Shown one piece after another: positions 46,834 to 58,560 of a DNA stretch of 64,000 nucleotides (the stretch's first letter is position 1; every line of letters begins with the position of its first letter). A model generated the notes under the pieces. That model had not been told where the DNA came from. It was given only the letters and a program-made list of their open reading frames with translations, and did not search any database. The translations under genes and the position numbers were made by a program. The stretch comes from Lama glama (lineage: Eukaryota): NCBI GenBank assembly GCA_028534125.1, contig CM052832.1, positions 33,914,001 to 33,978,000 on the forward strand, given 5' to 3'.

Positions 46834-49800
46834 TTCTTGGACGACGGGGGATTCTGCTGGCAGAAAATCCTGAGTTTAATCACTCAGGCCCCTCGCTGGG
46901 CCACGGTGCTTTCTGCTGTGTGGCAGGCACATTCTTACTCGCTTTGAGGAGCAAGAAGAGGTGGCGGACTCTAGTTAAGGGCTGTTTTAAGTGTCATAAT
47001 GTGCTCGTTACACTCAAAACACAGCTAACACGCACTGGGCAGCTGAGAACGTGGTGGAACGTGGCTGGTCTGAGGGAGCAGCAGGCATGGGACAGCAGTG
47101 GGGGTCCTCGGGGGGGCATCTGGGGGGCCTTGTGGTTTAAACGAGAGACACAGAGCCCTCGCAGGGGATGGGAGGCACCCTGGGGTGCACCGTGGGCGGG
47201 GACCCTGTGCTTTCTTCCTTCCGTCTCTTCCCTCATGCGTCCCCGCCTTCTCTTTCCTGGCCGCCATGAGTCTCAGAACCAGCCCTGTGTTGTCCATAAG
47301 CGCCACAAAGCCACCCTTCTTGACACCCCAACCTGTGTTTTGACACACGGTCTCTGACCACTGGCCGGTCACATTCCGCGCTGTCCCCTCCCCTGTTCCT
47401 TCAAGTTTCTTAAACCAGTCTTGTGCTTGAGACTGAATCTTAGACGCTTTGCAGCTGTTCTGATGATCAAAGGGCCATGTGGGGATCCGGACGGCCTTTC
47501 TTTCATAAGAGAGATGAGTTCATCTCATAAACATGGGTCCTCAAACTGTCATTCCCAGTAGGTCCGTCTAAACAGGCTTTTTTTTTTTTAACCATATTCT
47601 TCCACTTTAGAATGAAACGTCTCCCTGTTTCACAGGGATTTTGTTGAGAATGAAATCAGTTCTGTGGGCAGTGCTGCTACGGAGACCCCGAAGGTTTGAA
47701 GTTCGGGTTGTTTCTGATGCTTTTGGAGAGCGGGTCAGCAGAGGAAAAGTGCCGCGCTGGACCGCCTGACACCCTGTGCAGCTCCTGGGACTGTGGCAGG
47801 TTCACGAAGGCCAGTTAAGAAGATGTTGAAAAGAAATATTTGTTGCTGATTTAGTTTTAGTTTCGGAAGATTGGAAGGTCTGTATCCCTTCCTGAAATTC
47901 TGAAATTTCAAAGAAAGTACAGTGGTCATTTGAGTATGTGCCGCCGGCTTGCGTTATGAATTTTAAAGGCCTAAGTCTCAACGGTCTTATTCCCAGTCCT
48001 CAAACTTCCCCAAATCTCCTCAGAGCTCCTGACAGCTCTTCTGTTGTTGCCACGGTCACGCTGGGCGGGACGCTTTCCCACCGGCCTCAGTGGGCTTATT
48101 GAGGACACGGGAGTTACTGGTTCCAGGGCCGTGCACACGTCAGCCCAGGGGAGGCCTCCCAGCCCCTCAGGCACGGGCCCCCCGGACGGTGTGTGGGGTT
48201 CCCGCCGGGCCTTGGGGCAGGAGTGACGGCGGGTGGCTCTGGGTGGCGCAGGCGGGGACAGCCTGAGGAGCGCACGTTTGCCCATCACAGAGCCTGTCGT
48301 GCTTTCCAGACAGCTCTGCTGTGGGCAGGATCACCCAGACCCACCTGGGAGCCCATGGCCGGACGGGCATGGGCAGGTTCGCACTGCGTCTGTGTGTCCG
48401 ACCTTGAAGCCAAATCCACGTTCCAGTCCTCCCGCCCCCGTCTCAGTGGGGCTCCGGTTCCCAGGAGAGGGGAGTGGCCGGCGAGGGCAGCTCCTGCTGG
48501 CAGGGTCGCTTACGCTGACACGTGCGGGAGTCAGAATCCATGGGCCCATGGGTCCGATGAGGAGGAAGGAGAGAGCGAGGCTGTGGGCAGAGTGGCTGTG
48601 ATTTTCCTGTGGGTCCTCACGCCGAGTGCGGGCCCTGAGAGGACAGAGGAACCGCTTTCCCGTGGGCTGTGCATCCGGGATGGGGGCCTATTCTCGGGTT
48701 GGGTGTGAATCACCTCCCACCTGTCCCCAGCGGGGATGGCCGGTCCCAGGGCGCAGCCCCCTCCCCTGGCTGCCCAGGGAGGGGACGTGGCAAACAACCC
48801 GGCGGGCCACCCCCTACCCCAGAGGGAGTGAGAGGCACCCAACACCTCCGCAGCCCGTCGGCAAGTCCGGTCGGCTCACCCGCCCTGGACCGCGGTGCTG
48901 AGGGAGTGGCCCTCGCCCCGCTCCTCTTGAATGTGTTTGCAGAGGGCCAGCCCTTCCCTGTGGTCATCGGGTCTGTGTGACTAAATACAGACGGAAGCCT
49001 GATGTCTGTCCCCAGCGGCCACCTGCCTGGCCGCGTCTCTCCCCTCCCAGCAGCCTCTCAGCGTGGCTGGGCCCTCGTCGTCCCCTGCTCACAGCGTGAT
49101 CAGTTTGGGGTGAACACGGTGCCGTGGCCACCGCTTTCAGCGCTCTGTGGCGGGGACCGCTGCCTGTCTGTGTCCATTGTGGCGCCTTGTCCACGTGTCC
49201 AACTCAGAACCCCCTCCTCTCCTCCCCTAGCTGATAACACCAGGTGGTTCTGCTCCCAGCCTCCTCCGAAATCCAAACCAAACACCCGTTTCACACTGGA
49301 AACACTCTCCTTTCCCTTTCTGCATTCTTTCTGCATTTTTCATGATGTGGCTCTTTTTTTTTTTTTAAAGCAATTCAATCTCTCTTCTGTCCTCCTTGCT
49401 CGGTCTTTATAATTTTTCCAGACACCTGGACTTCACGCCCAGGTCTGTGTGTCACGGGCGCAGACGTGACCTGTGCGCCTGCTTCTCGGCCTGAGTCCAG
49501 GCGAGGCGGCAGCCCTCCTGCGCCTTCTGTCTGGGCACCTGGTGCCGGACGCGCACTGAGGACCAGAGGCGCAGCCGTGGCTGCTCACGGAGACCACCGC
49601 TGCCGCGCTGGTCCGTTCATCTCGAGGAGGCACGGGCATACTGGTGGCCAGGCAATCGGGAGTGAAGATAGAGCCCCACCTGAAAGCCGGGTGTTCCATT
49701 ATCTTCCTCTTCAGCCCGACTCACCGCCCGCTGCCCGGGCGTCTAAGAGAAGGGTGTTGTGCTCAACCGCACAAAAGTGCTGGGAGGGTAAATGCCTGTT

Positions 49801-52609
49801 TGTGAAGCGCGCTGAGAGCACACGATCAAAGACGCCAAATTGGTGTAAATCGGTGTGATTGTTATCAGCGGAAACTCCCCAGGCCTGCCTCTGGATTAAC
49901 GTGCCTGTGTCAGTCAGCACCCCTGGGCCCGCCCTGAAGCCCCAGCCTCTCCCTTCTGTCTCGGGGTCGTCTGTCCCTCCAGGTGTCGGAGGGACTCAGG
50001 GGGTCGTGGAAGGTCACACAGAGGACACGTGTCAGGTGCCTGCCGACCCTGGGGCGAGGGGTTGGAGCAGGTTTGTGGGGCACTGGGGTGACTGTCCTGA
50101 GGCCGCCTGGCGCTGGCACATTCCTGTCCCATGTCGTCATCTCGTGTGGCTGGCTCACTCAGGCTGGCTGCAAAGATGGCTTTCCCAGCCTTCCCAAGGC
50201 ACTTAAGGGGGAAACCAGGGGGCCCCAGCGGTCTCGGGTGAAGACGGACTGGCAGCACAGAGATAAGCGAGGTGGACTGAGCTGTGGAAATTGTGAGGCG
50301 TACCCCAAATTGCAGGCTGTGGGGGGGCAGGTTCCCTGCCAACAGCAGCAAAACGGGTTCCCCCTTCACTCGCCAGCGACGGGTTTCACTTTGGATGTAA
50401 AAGCCAGTGCTGTTCTGGGTGTACAACCCCCACCACCCGTGCCCTTAGGGAAGTGACCAGAGACCAGTTAAGAGCGAACTGTCCCCTCAGGCGGTGAGCA
50501 GGATGCAGGCGTGCTGTTAAGGGCGGCCCCTCGCCCGTGGCTCCCAGCCTGGGATCCGGGAAGCTGGTGAAAGTGCAGTTTTCTGGGGCGCATCCTCCAA
50601 GCAGGCGCGCAGTGCGGGGCCCAGGCCTCTGCAGGGACGGGGTGGGTCCCCGGTCGGGGCAGCGGCGCCCCGTCTGCCATCGGGTGACACAGCCAGCTCG
50701 GCTCTCCCCACCCGTCCTCAGCCTCGTTGAGAGTCAGACGAAGGCCGGTTCTCCCCAGGGGAAGCGTGTGATTCCGGGCATCCATCCTTCCCCTCCAGGC
50801 GTCCACGCCGAGCGAGTCAAACCGCAGTGGGGCTCGCCCCATGCCCCGCTGGCCCCGTGTGCTCGCTGGGCTCCGGTGTCCTCTGTGGGGTGTGTTTCCT
50901 AAATGCTCGTCCCAAGCGGCTAGAGCTTCCACGTGTGTCATCTGGTGATGTCGTCCCCTCCACAAGTCAGTGGCCAAGCCCCCTGTGACTGCGGTGGGCA
51001 CTTAGGGAACGGGGCTGGCTCTCCCCTACCCAGCAGAGCGTGGAGATACTCCGCCCCCGGGGAGGAGAGTCTTGGGACCCGCACGGTGAACTTGGCAGCC
51101 TCAGAAGATCGTTCACCGATGAAAGTTGATGGTAGCAATGTAGGAGTCGAGGCCTTGGGCCCAGACAGTCTTGGTTTCCCCCAGCGCCTTCGAGGAGATG
51201 CCGTCCAAGTGGGCTGCAGCCGAGGGCTCCCTGGCCGCGTCTTTGCAGCCGTGTGTCTTGGACTCTTTGTGACAAAGGCCCCCCACCCCGACAGCGCCCT
51301 GAGCACCTCTGATCGGCTGAAGGTTTGTGACACAAGACCCGCTGATTCTGGGTTTAATGACTGAGCACGCGAGCCCCACGGACGTGCACGGGAAAGGGGA
51401 GAGGGAGTCAGCCGGCCGCGGCAGGCGGCAGATCCATCAGTTTGACTGATCGTCTCCGCCGGGCTGACGCGTGGGTCCGCTGTGTCGTTCGGGCCGCAGG
51501 CGCGTGTGCGCACAGAGCTTCCCCGTCCGGTGGGCGGGGGTGTCGGCCGAGCGCTGGGACCGGCCGACTTGACAGACGTGCTGAGGTAAACAGCCTGGCT
51601 TCTGCGGGGACGTGTTGACAAGCAGTGATTCTCGGGAAGCCCCCAGCTGAGCCTAGGCTCAGACTTCGGGGATTTAGGCAATATGAAAGCGATCTCTTAA
51701 GATCTGAGATCTTTCCCATCAGGCGAGCTCGTTCGGGTTGGGGCTTGTGTTGTCGTTGTATATACACACGCGAGTTTTACTGTTTCCCAGAGACAGTCGG
51801 GCAGTTAAGCCAAAGCCATTGTGCGGGGTGCAGACTCGTCCCCCCCGAGGGCCCCGCTGTCGAGGGGGCAGGTTTACAGCTAAAGACGGTTTCCAGGGAG
51901 AGACACGACTTCTTCCTTTCCCCCAAACTTCAAACCCTCAGTCCCAGCTCAAAAGCCTGGTTCCAGCGTGACTCCCTGAGAAGCCTCTCTTCCTCTCTTT
52001 CTCTGGCGGAAGCACCATCTCAAGGCTGCGTGAGGGCAGCCTCAGAGTCTCAGGAGGCCGAGGGCTGAGCCTCGTCGGCTCCCATGAGCTCGGGCCGAGC
52101 ATCTGGCCCGGCCCTGCTGGGGCACCGGGGCAGCTGTCCTGCGGAGGTCCCTGGGTCCGACCCCCAAGGGGGTGTGACGCGCTGCCCTGCGGTCAGGCTG
52201 TCCTGGAAGCCGCCTTCTGCCTGCGACCTCCAGTCACTCGCAGGCCCCCGGCTCTCCTCTGTGGCACAGGCCGTGCTTGCCCCGCCCGGTGGCCTCAACT
52301 GCAAAGCCAGGAACAGAGTTAGGCGACACATTCAGAGGACACCAGCCATCCAACCACCTGCAGGGGCGAGGTTGGGAGCCACGACAGGCCTGCCGCAGGT
52401 CCGCGGATCCTGCTCTCCCCCAGCGCTTCCCCGGGCAGGGGTGGTGGCCCCGCTGGGGCGCGTCGCCCACTGTGTCACCTGTCCTCCTGTGGGGCTGGCA
52501 CTTACTTAGAGCGGTGCTGCTGGTTCACGTTTAAAGGAAAAGTCAAAGCTGTGAGATACGGCCCAGTGGGACGTGAGCACCGGTGGTTGCTGGCTTTCCC
52601 GGGTGACGG

Positions 52610-52745
52610 GCTCTCCCCTGGGGCCCTGAAGGCCCACCTGCTGTCAGGGTGTCCGTCGGAATTCTTAGAGGAGATGGCGCGACTGAACAAGAAGAACGTC
52701 CTCCTGGAGTTTACGGAGTTTGTAATGCGCAGAGGTGGAGGAGAG
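52610..52745 (-). mobile_element. L2 3' relic, antisense
   Basis: gcccacctgctgtcagg...tgaacaagaagaacgtcc...ggagttta resembles gcacctactatgtgccagg...tgaacaagacagac..ggagctta. Confidence 0.45.
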
Positions 52746-55700
52746 ACCTGCTTCTCCCACGATCTGAGCCAATTCATCCCACTTGTCCAAAGTGATGGCA
52801 CTTCTCCCCAGGACCCTCTTTGTTCCCAGACTGCATCCTGAGCAGTGAGGCCTGGGCCGCCCGGTGGCAGGTCCCCACCCCACCGGGTCCCCACTCAGGC
52901 CCGTCCTGCTCGGGACAGCCTGGCGGCTCGCTGGCGGTGCTGGTGGAGAGGGCCTGCCGGGCACCACAGTGACCGCCTTCCCACCCAAGAGGTCTGGGAC
53001 ACGCCGCCTTCTGTTCACGCGAGTCCTGGCCTCGTGACAAGTGGCTCGTGGCCACGCTCTCCAGGCCTGACGGGGTGAGGACCAGACCTTCCCCATCGGT
53101 GCTTCTGGACAACTCCTCTCTGAGCCATTGACGTGGGTGGAAGGGGTTTATGTTGCTGACCCCTTTCCTTGGAGGAAATGCATAGGAAGTTTAATTTCCT
53201 GTGTGACTAGGGGGTGCGCAGCCTGTTCGGTGAAGTTGGTGCAATGATACATCGGTCCTTGGAACGTGCTCCTCCCAGAAATCATGTTTCAAGTGCTGTT
53301 AGGGCCCGGCGCTGCCCGGCCAAAGCCTGTTTTCCTGGGAACATGTCTGAAGTGCTAGTTAAAATACTGTGACTAGTCCCCAGGGTGGTTTCTCCGTGGA
53401 GGCGCATGTCCTGAGCTCCAGCCTGGTCCTTCCAGAGTGGGCGGTGGGGAGGACAGGAGGCAGCCTCTGGGGTCAGCCCGTGCGGTGGCCCCCCAACCCG
53501 GCGAAGCTCTGACTCCTCATGCGGGCTGGCCAGTCTGACCTTAAAGCATCTTCTCCCCTTTGAGGCCTGGAAGGACCTTTATGTGACGGACGGGTCAGGG
53601 ATGGGAAGATAGATGCTTTGAAAAATCAGTCTTTTGACCTTGAAACCTTACAAGTGGGTTTTGCTTTTCTTCAAGTCACAGAAATGCACGGTGACCAGAG
53701 ACGTGGTTCTCGTGGCACGTGGAGATGTAATTTTAATTCCTTCCCTTCCCAACCAATAATAATATTGAAATTTGGGGTAAACAACATTTGAGAGGCGCTG
53801 AAACTTGAGACTCACTTAACTGCTAAAATACTACCCTCTTGTCCACAGACCACTCCTGTGAATGTTTCCACGCCCAGTTCAGTTGACAGCAAGTTTGGAA
53901 AGTCACAAGCAAGGCACTAGTGAGGATGCTGAGGGCTTCCTCGCCAGCCCTGAGACACTGGCATGAGGGTTCGCCCTCGGAGTAACGTCCTTAGGGCTCA
54001 GAGGCCTTTGGACAGGACAGCATCCGGTCCCGAGGGTTTGCACGAGACTTCAGACGAACACGACGCACAGATGCCTTCATCCAGACAGCGGAGTGACTGA
54101 GCAGAGAGTCCGGGACGAAGTGCAGGGGGAGAGAACAGGTCAGACAGGGTGCCCGCAGCGGCGGGGGGCGCCTGGCCACGGGGAGGAGCAGTGGACGGTC
54201 ACCCAGACTGCGCGGGATGCTGGCCCATGCAGGCTTCCCCCAGCCCCCCGACAAGCAAGTGTCCCCTTAAGTGGGAAAAGAAAGGAGCATTTTAGCCACA
54301 GACCTCAGCGTTGTTCGTTGGTTAAAATAAAACTTGAGGCAGGAGGCGAGTGTGTCCACCGGGTGTCCAATTAGAAGGAGCAGGGGGGACCCGCGCCGCC
54401 CCCCACCTCCCGCCAGCGCCGAGTCTTTGGTTCCAACTCCTCCCTCCCTCCCTGGTGCACGTCACCCCTGCTGCCCCAGCCCTTCCTCGTTGTTCTCAGC
54501 TGCGGAGCCGCCAGGACAACCTTCCGAAGCACAACCCACGTGTCCCTCCTGCCCGGCGTCTTCCGGACCCGTCACCCTGACGTCACTGTCTGGCTCCGGC
54601 CAGGGGGACCCGGGAGCCCACCGCCTCCCAGGATGGGATGTGACCTCGTGCCCTGACCCCTGGCTCCTGAGCTCCCAGGGGCACTGGGCTTCCCCCTGAC
54701 ACCTGCACGCCACCCCAGGTGAACCGTCCACCCCACGCGGTCCCAGACCCAGGCTCCCACAGTCCAGAAGCTCTGGAGACATTGGCGTGTTTCTAGTGTC
54801 CCAGGCGGCAGCGAAGTCCGGCCTGCCCCGGCCCAGGACGCATCCATGTCGTCTAGTGTGGACGCTCACCGTTTCCCATTGTTTTGCTGAAGAAGCATGA
54901 GTCTGATTACAGGGAACTGGGGCTGGATTAACGTGGCCGCATGACCAGCGTCCAGCTCTCGGGAGGACAATGGGGGCGCTGGCAGAGGCTCCCCAGGACA
55001 GGGCAGACGGGCACTGTCCTGGACGGACCAGGGCGGAGGTTCACCTGTGTGTGCGACACACATCACACTGTCCTCAAAGCCAAAAGCGCCAATTCCAGAG
55101 TGCTCCCCAAAGGTTCACGTGAGCACCCGTGTCTGACGGCTGTTCTGCACCGCTTTCCGCACGCACATGGAGGGAGGGGTTCTGTGCACACGCGTGCTTA
55201 GCCATCGGTGCCTGGTGCTTGAATGGATGTGAACATCCGCCCCTTCGGCTTCAGTGGGGTTTCCTGGCCGTGCGAACAGTGGGCACGTCGTTCTGGGAAG
55301 TCTGTCCCGCACTTTCACCCAGAGTGTCGTCACCGGATACTCCAGCAGCACTTAACGTCCAGCTGTACCGGAGCTGTGACCCACCACCATCAGGCACCAG
55401 GAAAGGGCCCCCACAGCTGGCCGGCCGGACACGCGTGGGTCAGCCTCTGCGGCGTGGAGGCTCCGGGGCAGCTCTGCAGGGGCGGGTCGCACGCGGGCGT
55501 CTTCTTACCACCTCGTCCACGGCAGCATCCTGCAGGGGTGTCTGTCTGTCCAGCCCCTCTTTTGTGGATGTTCTTTGAGCCCCGTGGTTCCTCCTCTCCA
55601 GGCTCGCCGCCTCCCATGGAACCTCCACGGGGACTTCCTTTTCCGTGGGCCCCTCCTCACCCGTCCCCTGCAGCGGGTCCTGCCTCGCGGGGCCCACCCA

Positions 55701-57039
55701 GCTCAGAGCCGCCCTGTTCACACACACGTCCCCCATGCAGGCAGGGCGCCCACCCCACAGGCATCTGTCCTGGAACCCTCTGCCTTTTCGCAGGCTGTGC
55801 CACCCTCAGAGGCTTGCTCCCCCCTCGATGGCCCCGCCGCATAGACAGTCCGCAGCGCACACCTCGGTCCTCGTTAAGGCGCTGTTACTTGTTGGCCGAC
55901 GGTTGTCAGTCCTGAGCTTGTCCCCTTAGCAAAGGTGTTCGCGCGTTAGAGTAGAGGCCTGCGTCTCATCTTGCCGGTGCCCCCTCCACGGTCCTGTCAC
56001 TGAGACAGATGGATGACGGGTGCCTCGTCCTGCGGGGCCAGGGCCCTGGAGAGTCAGGTGCACTGGCACCCAGGGTCACGTCTGCTGTGCGGGAGGGCCA
56101 TGTTCCTAACCTTACTGTCACAAAAAGCCCCTGCCAGGGGTGAAGGGGAGGGGAGGAGGGGTGTGATACTTCAAGTCCTAAACCTGGATCCGAAAACCAA
56201 GTCACAAGGAGACACCGCCAGACGGCCCCGCACCTGGGACAGCCTGTGGTCGCGCTGTCTGCACCTCAGGGTGAACCGGGAGAGGCCAGGGTTCTGGGGA
56301 CGCAGTCCTGCCCTGGTGGCGTTCATGGTGGGTGTCCGGTGCATTACCGGGTGAGGGGAGGAGGCTGTGTCTCTTGATTGATGCAAAATAGCTGTTCTTC
56401 CCAGTACAGAAAAGCCAGGTACAGAAGCAACATTAAGAAAAGCTTCTTGAATGGAAGTTCCTGAACACTGGAGCTGCAGGCAGCTCTTTGGTATGACGGG
56501 GCATGTTTGGATATGTTGTGCATCACTTCAGGGTGGAGCTGGAGATAAGGGAGGTGAACTGGGGTTCACGGCAACCCTCAGAACTTTTCCAGACTATCGG
56601 TTAAACCGTCTGCTCTCCCGGGTTAGGGGGGGTGGCGGGGGGAGAGAGAAGCAGAGGGCGGGGAGGGGCCACAGGACTGTGCCCCGCGGGGCGCCAGCCC
56701 TGGGACTCAGGCAGTCAGTGCTCGTGCTGCGTCCTTGTCCTGTTTGGGGGAGATTTCAGCTCTTCTAGCCAAACTTGAGGCCACTGCGAGCCTCGGCGCC
56801 TGCCCAGCACATCCCGTCCTCTGCATGTGTGGGCTGGCGTACAGCACGTTGGGAGACCCTCCGTGGACAGTGCCCTGGGATGCGGCCGCCGTCCTAGGTC
56901 AGCGCGCCTGACCGCTGCCCTCCTTGGCAGGGGCCCCACGGGGCCGTCACGGAAGAAATGATCTTCCAGGGAGGAGCAACTCCCGGGGCGGCAGAGGGGC
57001 TGAGGCTGCGTGCTGACTGAGCTCCGCGTCCTCGAGACC

Positions 57040-57200
57040 CACGGTGCTTTCATCCCGCAGCCCTGCTGCCGGCCAGCTGCATGAACTCGGGCAAGCCTTG
57101 GCGTCCTCGTGCTTAAAGCGGGAGCGTCGTTTCTACTTCACAGCATCGTCCCGGAGAGTAAGATGGGTGCACATAAACGCAGCTGCCTGTGGGCGAGTGC
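57040..57200 (+). mobile_element. MIR relic
   Basis: ccagctgcatgaactcgggcaag...tcctcgtgcttaaagcggg...ctacttcacag...gagagtaagatg. Confidence 0.55.
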
Positions 57201-57899
57201 TCCCCACCCGGTTAAGACGGGGGGACTGTGCTTGTGGCAACGGAGTCTTGCTCTCTGAAGGAGGCAGAAGCCATCCACGGCCAGCCTTGTCCACGGATGT
57301 CAGGTGCTTCCGCGTGTCCAGTGAGCGAACTGTGCACGGAGGAACAGAGACCAGACTCTCCCTCCCCAGCACGTGCGAAACATCTGGAAAAGTGCTTCTC
57401 GGTGCGCTGGACTCCAGGCCGTGGAGGACAGTGACCCTGAGAAGTGGAAACAGCTGAACACACCCTCTCAGTGCCCCGGCCCCGCCGCGCGCGAGTGTCC
57501 AGGGCAGCGCCGGCAGACTCCCCGCGATGGGAGGACAGGAGGACGCGGGACGGAGCAGCTCGGACGGCCCCGGGCATCTGCCGTGTGCCCCCCCTGCAGC
57601 CCCCCCGTTGATGCCGGAGTGTGCTGACCAGCATGTGCGTGTGAGGAAGCCAGCCGAGGCCGGGAGGACCACCACCAGGCTTAGCGCGCCCGGCATTCAC
57701 ACGGCGCCTGCTGGGAACGGGCAGACCCGCAGGCGCGGGTCGGAGCTGGAGGGTCTCGCCTCTGCAGGGTTTACTAGCCCTGCGCTGGGTGCTGGGCCAG
57801 GCCTGCCTGACAGAGCTTCAGAGGAAGACCCAGAGGACGACACTGCTTCCCGGTGAGCTAGCTGTGTCCCGGGGCAACATGCCAGAGTGCTTGCAACAA

Positions 57900-58560
57900 T
57901 ACAGACACGTCTACTGCCCCACGAGGTAAACTTCACAACGTATGGCGTCCAACCAAAAATCACCACCTTTACAGGAGGGTACGTCCCCTAGTGAGGAGGA
58001 AAAGAATCTAGGAAAGCCAGCCTAGAACTGGCACAGATGCTGACGTCGGCGGCAGGGACCTGAAGCCGGTTTTCAGACCCTGCTCCACGTGTCAAGAGTT
58101 AGGCAGAAGGAAGACAGTTGGACCCGAAGAGACGAAATCCGTACGGTCCGCCGTGGAAGTCCTGTCGGGCGGATTTAACGGCAGATGACCCTGCGGAAGG
58201 AAAGACCGGTGGCCTGGAAGCCCCAGCAGCGCAGAGCCGACCAAAACGGGCACAGGAAATGCGCTCTTCAAAGAACGAGCAGTGTCAGGCCTGCAGGACC
58301 ACTTCAGGCGCCCTCAAGTACACATGGTCGGGGCCCTGCAGAGGGGAGGGCAGAAGAGATGTTTGAAGAAACAAGGAATAGAGTTTTTCCAAATTTCATG
58401 AACACTATAAACGCACAGATCCAAGAAGCTCAACCAACCCCAAGCACAAAACCACAGGGAAGTTGCGCCTCGCTGCCTCGTAATCAAACGGCACAGCGAC
58501 ACAGAGAGCAGACAGAGGACCCGCGCGCACGGGGCCAGAGACGAGGGTGTGTCGTCATGG
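57900..58560 (+). mobile_element. Old L1 5' region/ORF1 relic, sense
   Basis: ORF 58185-58640 contains EEMFEETRNRVFPNFMNTINAQIQEAQPTPS, matching L1 ORF1p EKIFEEIMAENFPNL.K.IN.QIQEAQRTP. Upstream catccaa/aaaatcacca-type and ctagaactggcacagatg segments. Confidence 0.82.

Noticed and set aside
46834-47420. Possible ERV LTR following the MLT1 fragment
   Set aside because: I could not identify LTR termini, a TSD or a recognisable consensus.
52551-52841. Protein-like ORF segment SEFLEEMARLNKKNVLLEFTEFV
   Set aside because: No recognisable family, and the DNA is better explained as an antisense L2 3' relic.
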